A DNA stretch of 56,713 nucleotides, the filler included, from Fonticula-like sp. SCN 57-25 (lineage: Eukaryota), in assembly GCA_001724245.1 (NCBI GenBank). It is 3 parts of 3 records of this genome, joined end to end, with 100 filler letters (N's around TTAATTAATTAA, not from the genome) between each part and the next. Parts side by side here need not be neighbours in the genome. Positions count along the whole stretch, not along the records: positions 18,433 to 38,488 come from MEDX01000109.1; positions 38,589 to 56,713 come from MEDX01000110.1; 1 more part is not named here. The stretch is one strand, 5' to 3'. The position numbers were made by a program, and so were the translations under genes. Shown here piece by piece: positions 25,159-42,310 of the stretch; the first letter of the stretch is position 1, and each line of letters starts with the position of its first letter. A model generated the notes under the pieces. It made no database searches, was not told the DNA's origin, and worked only from the letters and a program-made list of their open reading frames with translations.

Positions 25159-27225
25159 ATGGCTGACGCTCCTGAGGCTGAGAAGCCCAACACCAAAGGG
25201 CGCGTCGTTCAAAGTGCGTTCGTGCGAGCGTGTAAATCTCTTGAACTCAACCCCTCGTGTCTTTTTCTTCAACAACAGGCGTTCCTCTTCCGCCCAAGCC
25301 ACTCACGGATGACGAGTTCTTTATCTCGCGCGCACCGCACCAGGTCAATTTGGAGAAGCTAAAGGCACACTTTTTGCTCGAAGGGCGCCTCACCCTTGAC
25401 CAGGCGTTCTTCATCGTGGAGACGGCGACGGACATCATGAAGGAGGAACCCACGCTCCTGGAGCTTGACGCGCCACTAACCGGTATGAACCCCGGACGGT
25501 TGAAAGACCTGTATAAACTGACTATTGTTTTGGTAGTATGTGGCGATGTCCATGGCCAGTTTTACGATCTCCTTAAGCTCTTTGATGTGGGCGGATCGCC
25601 AGAAAACACCCGCTACCTGTTCATGGGAGACTATGTTGACCGTGGTTACTTTTCCATGGAGGTGCGCTGCGCTATTACGATAAATCTTTGTGTTGACCGC
25701 TGTTCTTTGCTGCAGTGCGTATTCTACTTGTTTGCGCTGAAAATTGCGTACCCCACGACAGTCAACCTGCTACGTGGCAACCACGAATGCCGCCACCTCA
25801 CGGACTATTTCACTTTTAAAATGGAGTGTACGTGCCGCGTTCCCGTTTTTTTTCTTAGTTTTATTTTTCCTAACGTTTCCTTTTTACCAGGCGTGCACAA
25901 GTACGAGGAGGAGCTTTACGAGGCGATCATGGTCGCTTTTGACGCGCTTCCTCTCGCCGCTGTGATGAACAAGCAGTTCCTCTGCGTGCACGGTGGCCTC
26001 TCGCCCGATATCCACACACTCGACGACATCAGGAAGATTGACCGCTTCCGCGAACCGCCGAGCTCGGGGCCCATGTGCGACCTCTTGTGGGCTGACCCGC
26101 TCGAGGAATTTGGTACCGAGACAACAAAGGAGACCTTTTTGCCCAACGCCACGCGCGGTTGCTCATACTTTTACACGTACGACGCTGTCTGCAATTTCTT
26201 GGAGAACAACAACCTGCTGTCGGTTGTGCGCGCTCACGAGGCTCAAGATATTGGGTGCGTATTCCCCGCGCGTTCTTTCTCGCTGGACGAATCTAATTTC
26301 CTTGTGATTCAGCTACCGGATGTACCGCAAGAGCCGCAAAACTGGATTCCCGTCCCTTATCACCATTTTCAGCGCGCCCAACTACCTTGACATTTACCAA
26401 AACAAGGGTGCGCCGCCCCCCGCTCTTGGCATAGTTACCCGTCGCTAACCGAGCGACCGACGTAGCCGCGATTCTCAAGTACGAAAACAACGTTCTCAAT
26501 ATTCGCCAGTTTAGCGCCTCGCCGCACCCGTACTGGTTGCCAAACTTTATGGATGCGTTCACGTGGTCGCTGCCGTTTGTCGGCGAAAAGGGTGCGTTGC
26601 GATTTTCTTTTCACAGCGGAATGCTTACGACCGATGATGTGCGCAGTGGCCGACATGCTTGCCAGCGTGCTTTCCATCGTAACCGATGATGAGATCGAGC
26701 AGCACCTGGCCGAGAACGGGGGTGCGCCTGCTTCTTGAGTGCAAAAAGGACCCGTGTAATCTAACCGCGTTTCATTCTTTTCAGTTGAGGTTGACCGCGA
26801 GAAGGAGACTCGCCGCGAGGCAGTGCGTAACAAAATTCGCGCGGTTGGCAAGATGGCGCGCTACTTCACCGTATTGCGGTGCGCCCTTTACGTCAGTCAT
26901 ATTTTTCGCGATTCTAACTAGTGTCAATCGTAGAGAGGAGCGTGAGAGCATTATGCAGCTGAAGGGTCTGATGGGGTCTGCATCGCTTCCGCCAGGTATC
27001 CTATCTGCCGGTAGCAAGGGCATCGAGGAGGGTGCGGCGCTCTTTTGCTGTATTGAAGTGGATTTACTGACTCTTCCCACTTTAGCTCTTCACGACTTTG
27101 ATAGCGCCAAGCGAGCGGACCGCGTCAACGAGGCCATGCCACCTCGCCGCGATGCGCTCGAAGTGACATCTGATCAGACTATGCTTCTCTTTAAGCGCCG
27201 TACTTCGAAGGATATGATGTCCTAG
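25159..27225 (+). CDS. CNA1: Calcineurin catalytic subunit A (PP2B)
   Basis: [33 protein letters not shown] (CnB-binding), [15 protein letters not shown] (CaM-binding), DRVNEAMPP (autoinhibitory). Confidence 0.96.
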
Positions 27226-27508
27226 ACGGGCGTTTGTTCGCTGTGCTTGAACGAACGCCGGCGTTGTTGTTTTTTCTGGTTTGTTCTCTTTCTCTAAAAT
27301 ATAGCAAATATGACTACATTATATTAAATAATTAATTCTAGGGGGCTGCAGACACCTGCACAAACAAATCTGATACACGTATACACTGCTGCGGGCCGGT
27401 TCGAATCGCGCGACCACACGAACTTGCAAATGGGCGTGGAGCGGCCCGACACATAAAACTACAAACAAGGCAAAACACAAAGTAGAAGGCAATCATAACA
27501 TCAAATAC

Positions 27509-28545
27509 CTAATGGAAAACGGTATTCTTTTGCGAAAGCAAATGTATCGGCATTTCCCGCTGCTTGAATTCATTTAACTCGCGGCAAATTTCCCGCTTGA
27601 CGTTGTTGTTCAGATGAAGAAAAGTGGCAGAGGGGTCGGATGACCGCGACTCTGCGTCCTCAAACGTGTCCATGATCTCCACCTCCTCCACAAACATGAT
27701 TCTCTTCTTGATATAACGTTGGCAAGCTGAGGGCTCGCCCACCTGATCAGACCCAGCGGCGGGCGCCTCGGTTGGGGTGTTGAGTGGGACATGCAGCGAC
27801 GGCGAAAGCGTAAGGTCACTGAGAGACATGCGGCGCTGCTCGTCGACTTCTAGCGTTGCCTTGACTCGCTGAACAACTTCGCAGTAGACGGGATCCACAG
27901 AACCTCCTATTTAGCCACGAGTGAATTAGCTCGAAGACGGCGCGCGAAGGAAACACGAACCAACAAGAATTTGGCTATTCTCGAGCCAAGTGCGGTCGTG
28001 CTTTTTCAGGATAGACCGTCGCGGTGAGTTGGGCGAGCCCAATTCTGACTGGCTGCCATACGGGCTCCTGGGAGACTCTGTGCTCGCCCTACTAGTTAGG
28101 GACGCGCTACACGGGGCATATTACTACGCACCTGTCGAAGACATCAACATTCGAGTCTCCACAGATAGATCCACGCGTCGGGCAGCGGCTATATCTAAAG
28201 CGCTTTTATGTTAAATATCGCTGACACACAGGCGGGCCTCGCACTTGGTTCGGGAGCGGACACACCATCCGTGCGCGCTGGTATAGAACCAGGCGCGGGA
28301 GAGTTCATCTCCACGTCCTCATCTGCTTCACAGATTTGGACCTCGCGCTGCAGGCTCGACGACACAACAAGGCGATGTGAGGATATTTTCCTCGACATAG
28401 GTACTCTGCTTCTCTCTAGAGTAAGGAGCCCAAGTGAGGTGAGCGAGCGCGCTCCTCTGGAACCCGTCGGCGTACCGGGCTGCTCTCCCACGGCATGTGC
28501 CTGCTGCCACGACATCTGCACGTTTGCAGACGCCTGATGATACAT
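27509..28545 (-). CDS. Bni4/Phactr-like PP1-targeting protein
   Basis: C-terminus KRIMFVEEVEIMDTF..REICRELNEFKQREMPIH..KNTVFH matches the Bni4/Phactr C-terminal module with an RVxF-like motif. N-terminus is disordered; start uncertain. Confidence 0.6.
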
Positions 28546-29219
28546 ACTTCCTCCTCCTCGGCTCGGCCTCCCTGCAATGCTGCTCGGCTGGCCCACTAAC
28601 GACTCGGCTCGTCCAGCTCTCCGTCTTAACACGCCACTGCTGGTTTCCCAGTTCCCACCAAAGCCTGGCCAATGCCCCTTCCTGCCAACAACCTGATTTG
28701 GGATCGCGGTGACCCGTTTTGGAAACAATCCATTTATGGCAAGCAATCGTCCATTAATGCGAAAGAGCTCCCTCGCATACGGGGGAGGAGACAGAGGACT
28801 GACCCAGACAGGGGAGCAGAGGTCCCAAGCAGGCAGAGGCCCCAAGAAGCCGAGGAAAAACGTAAAGCCCAGATATTAAACATCTTTGAATCGGTTCTTC
28901 AGAAGATACGAGGCTACTTAAGGAATCTAACGAATAGGTTGTCGATTTGCGACGCAGTTGACCGTGTGCTTTTTATACTGGTAGTGCAGTCGCTTCCGCC
29001 TCAAGATATCTTTTAAATATACAATAAAACAAACTGCGCGAGTGTTGCTGGCGGCATTCGCCGTGAAACCCTTCCTAAATATTTGACACAGTGTGCAAGA
29101 CAGATGGAATGTGTAATCTGCTCCTGCCTTTCATATGTCAATAATCTTTCCGTATCAATGGGCACTCCAAGAACAGGGACGGGAAATAAGATGGATTGTC
29201 CATTCAGCTTTGTACATGC

Positions 29220-30223
29220 TTAACGGCTTGTAGCAGTGGGCTTGGCAGCCTTGGGCTGCTTGACGGCCTTCTGCTGGACCTTCTGCGCGCGGGCGGCGGG
29301 GGCCTGAACATAGAAAGGTGAGCAATTAAATAAATAAAGACGTAAAGTAACGCACCTTGGCCTTCTCGGCCTTGCGGGTGGCCTGGGCAGCCTTAGACTT
29401 CTCCTTAGCCTCACTGATGTCCGCAGATCGGTTAGAAACAAATCACATCGCCACAAGTGTATCGTACAGAACGGCAGCCTTGCGCTGAGCCTCACGGACC
29501 TCCGGCTTCTGGTTGCGCTTGGCGCGGATGATCTCGAGCGAGGCACCAACAACGGGGCGCATGAACTTCTTGGTCTTGCGGGTGCGCTTCTTGACCGACT
29601 CCTCAGAGATACCCTGACAAAACGACGTAAGCAAACAAATTGAATATCTAAATAAAAAAGTTTACCTTGCGGTGAACGCGGCGGTAGATGGCAGTCCAGC
29701 GGGTCTCGCGGGGGTTGCGCTTCATCAAGTGCGAGGCAGCAGTCTTGCTGCCGCCAAAGATGAAGACCTGATCATCGAATGAAAATGATTAGTTCGGCGA
29801 ATGGCAGCAAGATGAGTCAAATATTCAATAGAAACATACCTTGCTGTCCACGCGCACATAGCGCTTGCCGTGGCCGGGGTGGATCTTGAAACCACTGAAG
29901 GCGCAGAGCTCGATACTGCGCATCAACTATGTTAGGCAACATTGCCACCGACGACATCGATTCAAGCCCAACCCCACACGAAAACCGCAATGAAAGGCGA
30001 TACAGCATCCAGTAACGGCACCCAACGGCGCGTGGATGCAGCACAGAAGCCGATGGATACGCATCGACGCGACAGGATGCCGGATGCGGCTCGCGCGCAT
30101 CCGGCCATCTCCACCGCCGCCTAAGCATAATCCGCCGGCCCCAAGCTCTGTCCGCGGCCTCTATTGAACATCTCCTTCCCTACGCTACCCGCCTCTGACC
30201 GCAATGTCGTTCACGTACCGCAT
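29220..30223 (-). CDS. RPL24: 60S ribosomal protein eL24
   Basis: ATGCG|gtacgt first exon at 30223; [60 protein letters not shown]. Confidence 0.95.
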
Positions 30224-30599
30224 TGTGGCTGTAAGCTCCGGTGGTGGATGGGATGCTAGCCTGGAAGAGAACGACCCGCGGATACACTCGCTCGACAAAG
30301 TAGCAGATGCGACTCGCATGCGATTTTCCCACACGCATGCCACAAGTCCTACAACATGTCACAATGCTGTGATCAAAATACCAGTAAAGTGTTGTGTCGT
30401 TATCAAACGGGGTGTTTTTTCCGGTGTGGTGCTCCTTTGTGTAGTACGACCCGAAGGGCCGCATCGGTGTGTGGAGAATCTGCGGCTGAAAATCCCTCGT
30501 GTACTCGTGGACGTTGGTAAAGTGTTTGATATATCGGCCAGGTTTCTTTGAGCTCTTGCCACACTTTCCTCTTTGTTTCTTAATTTTGTTGTCGACCTG

Positions 30600-31953
30600 A
30601 TGGCAAAGTCTCAAGCGGCGCCGTCCCTGAGCGCGTATATTGCGTCCTGGAACGTGAACGGCAAACTTTGCAAGGACGACCTCGCGGCGTGGTTGACACC
30701 CAAAGACCAGAATAGTACGTTGCTACTACCATTTTGCCCGCCTTTCCGTCTTTGTGGTGCTAATCGGGTTCCTCGTGTCTTTTTTCTTTTTCGTAGGTCG
30801 CCCTGATGTCTATGCGATTGGATTTCAAGAATTCGACCTCACGAAAGAGTCTTTTGCAAAGAATGACGAGAGCAGGCTAGCAGACTGGACAAGCAAAATT
30901 GAGCATGTTTTGGCTCTGCAGGGGTCGTACAAGCGCGTTGCGTCGTCCCAGCTCGTGGGGATGCTCGTGATTGTGTACGCAACGGAAGAGCTGTCCCGTC
31001 AGATCAGCGATGTTGGCACGTCAATGGTGGGCTGCGGCTACGTGAACATTATGGGCAACAAGGTATATGCTTTGTCCATGTGCGGCAATAGTATGCTAAC
31101 GTTGGTCGTTTGAAGGGTGGTGTTGCGGTTCGCTTTGTGTACAAGGGCACGTCATTTTGCTTCGTCAACTCGCACCTGAATGCGCACGTGCACAATGTAC
31201 GGCGACGCCAGGCCGACTACGAGAGCATCTGTAGCCGGCTTGTCTTTTTCTCGGATGAGCCGGTGGATGTAGGCATGTCGCACTACCCGCAAGTTCTCTC
31301 GTCGTCAGTAGAGGACGACGAGGGCAGCGAGCAATCCAAGGCTACCTTCGAGCTCGAAAATAGGGTGCGTGCTCGCAACGTTTGGATTCGCTGTGCTAAC
31401 GCGGGTTGCCCTGGAAAACAGCCCGATAGCAGTGTGGATCTTGTTGGCCCGCCCGTTAATGTACCCGGCCCGAGCACGGATGGCGCCGTTCGCATTCTGG
31501 ATCACGATGTCGTTGTATGGTTTGGCGACCTGAACTACCGCCTCGAGCTGTCGCGTGATTCGCTGTACTCGGCGATTGGCTCTGAGAGTTGGCCGTTGCT
31601 GATGAAAGCGGACCAGTTGGAGCGCGAGCGCCACGCCGGCCGCGTTTTCCAGCAGTTTGACGAAGCGCCCGTTGCCTTCTACCCCACCTACAAGTTTGAT
31701 GCTGGGACAGACAGCTACGACTCGTCGGCAAAGCAGCGCTTGCCCTCGTACTGCGACCGCGTCCTCTGGCGTGTCAACGCTGCCGGCGTATCGGTCTCGC
31801 CAAAGTCGTATAACATGTTCATGTCTCTTCGTTCGTCAGACCACAAGCCAATTGCCGCGCTTCTTGGCATCCAGGTGCCCGCAGGTACGCCCCTTGCTAC
31901 CCTTTTTCATTGATGCTCAATTCTCGTAAGACAAGGACGGGGCTTCAAGGTGA
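30600..31953 (+). CDS. Inositol polyphosphate 5-phosphatase
   Basis: SWNVNG, IGFQE, GNKGGV, FVNSHL, WFGDLNYR, PTYKFD, PSYCDRVL, SDHKPI. The last short exon is inferred. Confidence 0.92.
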
Positions 31954-32751
31954 TGAACCCGACCATGTCGTCGCCCGTTGTGCGAGCGCCAAAGTATGGT
32001 TATCTGACGGGCATTTCTATTCGCTTCATTCGAAAATATTCAGCACTCATTGCTCTTGCCGGGTTCGCCGCGCTTCTGCTTCATTATGGATGGGCGCGTT
32101 GATGCTGGCGCTATTACGAACACATGTTTTATTTCCTTTGCCATTTGTTTTCTATCCGTTCTTTGGTGTGTACGCACAATGCCTGAACTCTTTCGCTCTT
32201 TTGTTCCTGCTTATCTTTCCTCACCTTGACCGCGCTATCCCGTTTTCCCGTCGTATGCTGTTTTTTTTTGCATGAACCTGCACCATTTTGCCCGCTGTCT
32301 TTTCTTTATTTTCACATTGTCATTCTACTTTCATATTTATGGCCTGTTTACCGCCGCGGATAGTATGGCTCCGACTCCGTCCAATACAGTATTCGTTCGT
32401 ATCTTCATGGTCCATCATGTGCATAAATGCGCGCAATTTCTACATAAATTTGAGTTTACTTCATAAATTTGCATAAATTTGAGTTTAAGCTTACTAAATC
32501 GAATGGATCGTCCAAGAGTAGGCCGGGTGCATTCGCAGAATGTTTATCATTATCGTTCCATTGCACGGCATCGCGGCTCTATGGGTGAGGGGCACCCCAC
32601 CCATACAAACTCGAGAACGTGCTGAGAACTTGTGCCCCGTAGAAGTTTTCGTCTCAAGGACAAATCGTCTCTCCACGTGGACTGTCGGCTGGTCATAAGA
32701 TCAGCTCACCAGTTCACTGCCTTATCACACGCACGCCCTTGTTTCGCAATC

Positions 32752-34654
32752 ATGGCGGGTGGGGTGATGAAGGCGCTCCTGCTGAGTGCCGTCGTCATGT
32801 GCGCGGTGGCGTCTACTATGGAGGTTTCCTCTGCTTTCAAGCCGAAGGGTGACTGCGGCTTCGTTGACGAGACTGTGGACTCTCCTCGTCTTCGGTACGC
32901 GCGCCCGTCAGGCGGCCCTCCTGGAATACTAATTTGTGCCGTTGTACCAGTCGCTACTTCAACCTTATTGATCAAGACCGCGACGGCCGCGTTTCGGTCG
33001 ACGACCTGTACAATTTTGTTTCGTACCTCGGCGATGAGTACATTGACCCGAACGGCCTCGTTGCTGCCATTGGCGCAGTGGACAAGGATGGCGATGAGCA
33101 GATGTCGTGGGGCGAGTTCACGTCGTCCTTTTGCCGCCTGATGGATGCGCGCCTCGATGAGGAGCACGCTGCTGCCGTGCCCGAGCAGGTCCATCTTTCG
33201 CTCACCACTGACACCTCGTGCGTCGTCGCCATCTGGGTCACCTTTGAGTCGACCAACTCGTCGGTGGTTCAGATCGGCACCGCGCCCGGAGAGTACTCGA
33301 GCTCCGCTTCGGGCATCGAGTACACGTACAACTCGGGCGTCACCGGATGGGAGGGCTTCCTCCACAAGGTGGAGATTTGCTCGCTGGCCCCTGAAACCTA
33401 CTACTACTACCGCGTCGGTGACGAGTCGCTCGACATCTGGAGCAAGGAGTTCAACTTCCACACCGCCCCCGTGCCTGGGTACCTTGCTCTCATGTTTTTA
33501 TGCGGTTTTTTTAAGCTTTTTGTATTAGCAACCCGTCGCGCCCCATGCGCTACCTTCTCTTTGGCGATATGGGTACGCGCCGCCCCCAACTCGGCCAAGC
33601 GCCCCCTGTCAGATTTTAACCGTTCATATACTCGTGTAGGTACCTTCATGCCGTTTGGTATGTTTGTGACCGAGGGCATTGCCGCGTGGCACGAGCACAC
33701 TCCGTTTGACATGACGCTTCATCTCGGCGACATTTCATGTACGGACCGAGCCATGTTGTACCATGTTCTCTTTTCTCACACTTGCTCTCTCCTGCGCAGA
33801 CGCAGGAACCGGTTCGGATCGCGAATGGCAGGTCGTCTGGGACATCTACGGCCGCCAGACCGAGGTGTTTGCGGCCTACTACCCGTACATGACCACCATG
33901 GGCAACCACGAAAAGGTGCGTGCTTATTGTCTGACCCATCCTCTCTTTCTCTCCGCTAACGCTGCACCCAGTACGACAACTTCACCGCCTACAAGGCCCG
34001 CTTTGATATGCCTGGCGACGAGGAAGGCGGCGTCGACAACTTTTACTTTTCGTTTGACTATGGCCTCGTGCACTTTGTCTCGCTCTGCAGCGAGGACTAT
34101 GCGTACCAGTACGCCGAGGGCAGCCCGCAGTGGAACTGGGCCCGCGCCGATCTCGAGAAGGCCGTCGCCAACCGCCACAACGTTCCGTGGATCGTCGTCT
34201 CGGGCCACCGCCCGATGTACGGCACCTCCAACACCGGCTGGTGGGAGGGCATTCGCCTCGGTACGCCGCCGCTTTGATGTTCTTTTATGTGCTAACCGCT
34301 GCGGTACGCATAGCCTGGGAGCCCTTCCTGAAGGAGTTTAACGTTGATCTCTTCCTCGCCGGCCACGTACACGTGTACGAGCGCACGCTTCCCGTGTATG
34401 ACAACGTGGTCTACAACGACTACGAGGACCGCAGCGTGTACGTCAACCCCTCCGCCCCTGTCCACGTTACCATCGGAACAGCCGGTGCTGCGATCGTTGA
34501 CCTGTGGGAAATCGAGCCCGACTGGCTTGCCTTCCGCCAGCGCTCGTACGGCTTTGGGTACATGGACGTCCACAACGCGACCGCGCTCACGATGCACTTT
34601 GTCTGCAACGCCGCGTCCGGTATCTCGGACACGTTCACCATCATCAAGGAGTAA
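32752..34654 (+). CDS. Secreted purple acid phosphatase with N-terminal EF-hand pair
   Basis: Signal peptide; EF loops DQDRDGRVSVDD and DKDGDEQMSWGE; FN3-like PEQVHLS domain; GDMG, GDISY, GNHE, VSGHRP and GHVH metal motifs. Confidence 0.9.
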
Positions 34655-34834
34655 AGCGCGCGCAAGCTGGCGCTGCTTGCGTTGTTGGTTGTTTGCACGC
34701 CCTTTCAATAGAGTTGATTCCATTCAAATCTGCTTGTCAACGCGGCTGAATTTAACCCATACTAGAAATGTATTGAAGAGGAATCGCTACAAAAATGACG
34801 ATGAATCCGCCACAACAATGTGAGGCATGCACTT

Positions 34835-37178
<2,344 letters not shown>

Positions 37179-37574
37179 ACCCGTCTAACTCAACGCTCTT
37201 GGCTTGGAAAGCAGAGAAAAAAAGAAGAGCGCCAGAACGTTCCCGCTTCCACCGCTGCACTTCAGTGTTGTGGCCCCAGCAGGATAATGCCAGGATTCAA
37301 ACTCCACGACCTGACTCGGGACTTTCGGTGACCGCGCTCCTCTGCTCTGATTGCTGTGATTCGACATGCGTTGGGCAAGATTTCACCCCAGATTTTATTG
37401 TTTATTTTGGTCCGATCATCGAAGGAACAAAGAGAACACCACAGAACACGGACCGTGTGCGAAAATCGAAAAGAGCCCATGTCCGGAAGGTTCGGTCAAG
37501 GTTGCCATTAGATTCTATTAAATGACTGGCATATCTGTCCATATTCATCTGCCCATATTAAAAAGTATTTAAAG

Positions 37575-38488
37575 CTACTGCACTACCTGAGAGAGCCGCT
37601 TGATTTGATCGAGGACACTGCCCACGACGGTGGTTACTATCTCTGGCGACTCGACTTTGCCGAGGCAGAAGGCGTCACGGAGCCCCGAAAGCTTCGGGAG
37701 CAGCTTGTTGAGCTTGTCAATGATGTCCTGGGCGTCGGGCTGCTTGGCGGATACAATGGTGTGAAGGGAAACGGACATCATGTTCCTAGACGACGCGACG
37801 GCGGCGGAGAATGCATCGATGGCATCCTTTGCCGCGCTCGTGTCCACTTGCGGCTGACGTACTGTGAGTAGAAGCGTTTGTACGGAAGAAACAATAGTCT
37901 CCCTTTGCTCTTGAAGGAAGGAGCGGAGCTCGTCGGCGTCAATGATTGCCGCGCGCTTGCGGAGATATTCCTGCAGTTGAAGGACGCTGCGCGCCAGGGT
38001 CGTTGCCGCCGCCTCGACAGCAGCGACGGAGGAAATACTGTACGCTATTGAGACAGATATTTGTCAGAAAAGCAACGCAATGAATACGCGCCGCACCCTT
38101 TGCAACCGCGAGAAGCTGGGCGAGGCTCTCTGTGAGCGCGTTCTGTAGCTTCTCGAGAATAGCAAAGTCCTCCTCCGTCAAGCTGCCTGCATAGTCCAGT
38201 TCAAACTCCTCCGCGTCATCCAGATGCTTGCGCGTCGTCATCACTGCACACACAAGGTTACCAACCAAAATCCAAAAATGGGGCAAACACACCGAGAACT
38301 CTCACGGCGTGCAAGACCTGCGCCTGGCTCCCGTCTCGCGCCGCTGCAAGCACGTTTCGAATGCCGCCAGAGATATCCACTACGTTCTTCCCCTCGTCAA
38401 AGACCATCTCCTGTGTGATAGACATGGACGGCGCGGACGTCAAAACGCGCCTGCCTGTCGATAGCATTGTGGAGCCTCCGTGTTGGGC
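37575..38488 (-). CDS. Spa2/GIT-like C-terminal helical region (5'-truncated)
   Basis: Spliced: IRNVLAAARDG..SLAQLLAVAK..VEAAATTLARSVLQL..ELRSFLQEQRETIVSSVQTLLLTVR, resembling fungal Spa2 GIT1_C plus terminal bundle. Confidence 0.55.
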
Positions 38489-38588
38489 NNNNNNNNNNNN
38501 NNNNNNNNNNNNNNNNNNNNNNNNNNNNNNNNTTAATTAATTAANNNNNNNNNNNNNNNNNNNNNNNNNNNNNNNNNNNNNNNNNNNN
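38489..38588. other. Artificial contig linker
   Basis: Identical 44N-TTAATTAATTAA-44N spacer. Confidence 0.98.
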
Positions 38589-38732
38589 CCCCTGACAAAC
38601 ACACTGAATGGGCGATACGCATTCCTGATTGGTGCGTCCATTTCCATAATTGGAAATTTTCGTCCTGACAACATGCGTCCTTTTCAATCCTTCTGCACCT
38701 AAGCCGTCGGCACAGCTAACCAGCTAACCACC

Positions 38733-40503
<1,771 letters not shown>

Positions 40504-40694
40504 GCGACCCGAAAGAGGCGCACAGCTACAACACTCAATCCCAGTACCAATGATTTCAATGTATTCTCGACTTATAGGTGGTTTGCCATTCAATAGGATA
40601 AAACGTATAATATATTATACAACAAAATGATACAAAAGGGCAAGGAAAACACGTTCTATATACAATTTTTTAAATACGTTTGTCTTGGGCTTTT

Positions 40695-41454
40695 CTAAGC
40701 GCCATAGTCGGTTTCGACGCGCTGAAGCTGACGCGCCGCCTTGGCCTGGTACGCGTGCAGGTCGGCGCCCGCAGGCGCCGCACTCGTCGCGTCGCCCCAC
40801 TGCGTTGGCGCCGTCCCGTCCTGGCTCGCCGCACTGCAATGCGTTAGTCAAAACCCTTTGCTGCATACGTGGCCGTACCGGTATGGGTTGGACGGCGGCG
40901 TCCTTGCGAGTGTTGAGAGCGTCGGATCGACCCCGAGCGATGCCGATGTCGCGTCTCGGCCGCTCAGCAAGTCACTCGCTATCAGCACTGTCAATAAGCA
41001 GCGACAGGTTCATGCGGTGACGTACGGTTAATTAGCTTTCCGGTTTTCGGCTTTTCCGCCACGTAGCTCAGGACCTTGTTCCTATGCGGCGGTCAGATAA
41101 GGAAATGACGAAGAGATGCGCGTACCTTGTTTCCAGGACACTGAATATATCGGACACCGACTGGTCCCCAGAGGGCTTCCATGTGCTTCGTGACGTTCCC
41201 TGGATCTCGAGTCTGACGTCGCCGGTGGCAGAATCGCGCACGGTGGCGGCCGCAATCGGCTGAAAGTCGGCCGACCGCGACATGACGGCGGACACCTGGT
41301 AGGTCGTGTCGAGATCGACCACAAGCGCCTCATTCATGGGTACATGCTCGGGAACCGACTCGCCCTCGTAGATAATGTGTAATGAAGCGGCTGGGAGACG
41401 CGCGTGCGTCTCGGCATCGTAGATGAACGCCGCCACAGGCACGTCCGACGGCAT
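40695..41454 (-). CDS. Atg31-like protein (4 exons)
   Basis: Three GTACG..AG introns give a continuous frame. LHIIYEGE..EALVVDLD..VSAVMSRSADFQ..RLEIQG..SVSDIFSVLETRNKVL parallels fungal Atg31 blocks. Confidence 0.55.
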
Positions 41455-41527
41455 CGCGGCAGTGATTCGTCACGTTCTGATTCACTTCTGATTCACATCT
41501 GATTTATCTGATTGCGGGCTGGCGGGC

Positions 41528-42148
41528 ATGGCGACCATCACCTTTGTGACGGGCAATGAGAACAAGCGCCTCGAGGTGGCGGCGATCCTCGGCGACTCCG
41601 TCCCGGTGGTGAGCCGCAAGATTGACCTCCCCGAGCTGCAGGGCGATCCGGCCGAGATCAGCAAGGAAAAGTGTCGCCTCGCCTTTGAGGAGGTCAAGGG
41701 TCCTGTGCTCGTCGAGGACACTAGCCTCTGCTTCAATGCCATGAACGGCCTTCCTGGCCCCTACATGTACGTCATTGGTGTTTCTTGGTTTATTTTTGCG
41801 TATATTATCCTCTTTTTTGTCTAACAATCTCACAGCAAGTGGTTCCTTGAGGGCGTCGGCCACGAGGGCCTGAACAAGATGCTGCAGGGCTTTGGCGACT
41901 ACTCGGCCAAGGCCGTGTGCACGTTTGCGTACAAGGCGTCGGCCGACAGCCCCGTGCTGCTCTTTGTGGGCGAGACGCCCGGCCGCATCGTGATGCCGCG
42001 CGGGCCAAAGGACTTTGGCTGGGATCCGATCTTTGAGGTCGACGGGTTCGGCCAGACGTACGCCGAGATGGACAAGGCCGTCAAGAACGGCATCTCGCAC
42101 CGCGCGCGCGCCCTCGCCGCCTTGAAGGCGCATTTTGAAAAGTCATAA
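41528..42148 (+). CDS. ITPA: Inosine triphosphate pyrophosphatase (Ham1)
   Basis: [45 protein letters not shown]; 1 intron. Confidence 0.97.
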
Positions 42149-42310
42149 GCATATAATATCAATATAAAGCAAAAAGTTTTTTAAAGGCCAAAAAGGTGGT
42201 CATTGGCAATCTGACAGATACGTTTCATCTATCAATGGTAAAATGCACGACATGGCCAAAATATAAAGTGTATCTATGATTGTATTGAAAACAGTCAACA
42301 AAGCAACCGC

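Noticed and set aside
30079-30105. Resemblance of the hairpin to an enterobacterial REP element
   Set aside because: Single short copy in a eukaryotic intron; most likely coincidental.
32443-32487. Repeated CATAAATTTGAGTTTA
   Set aside because: Short AT-rich local duplication with no support for function.
25159-34654. Apparent phosphatase cluster (calcineurin, PP1 regulator, INPP5, PAP)
   Set aside because: Unrelated folds, substrates and compartments; plausibly chance.
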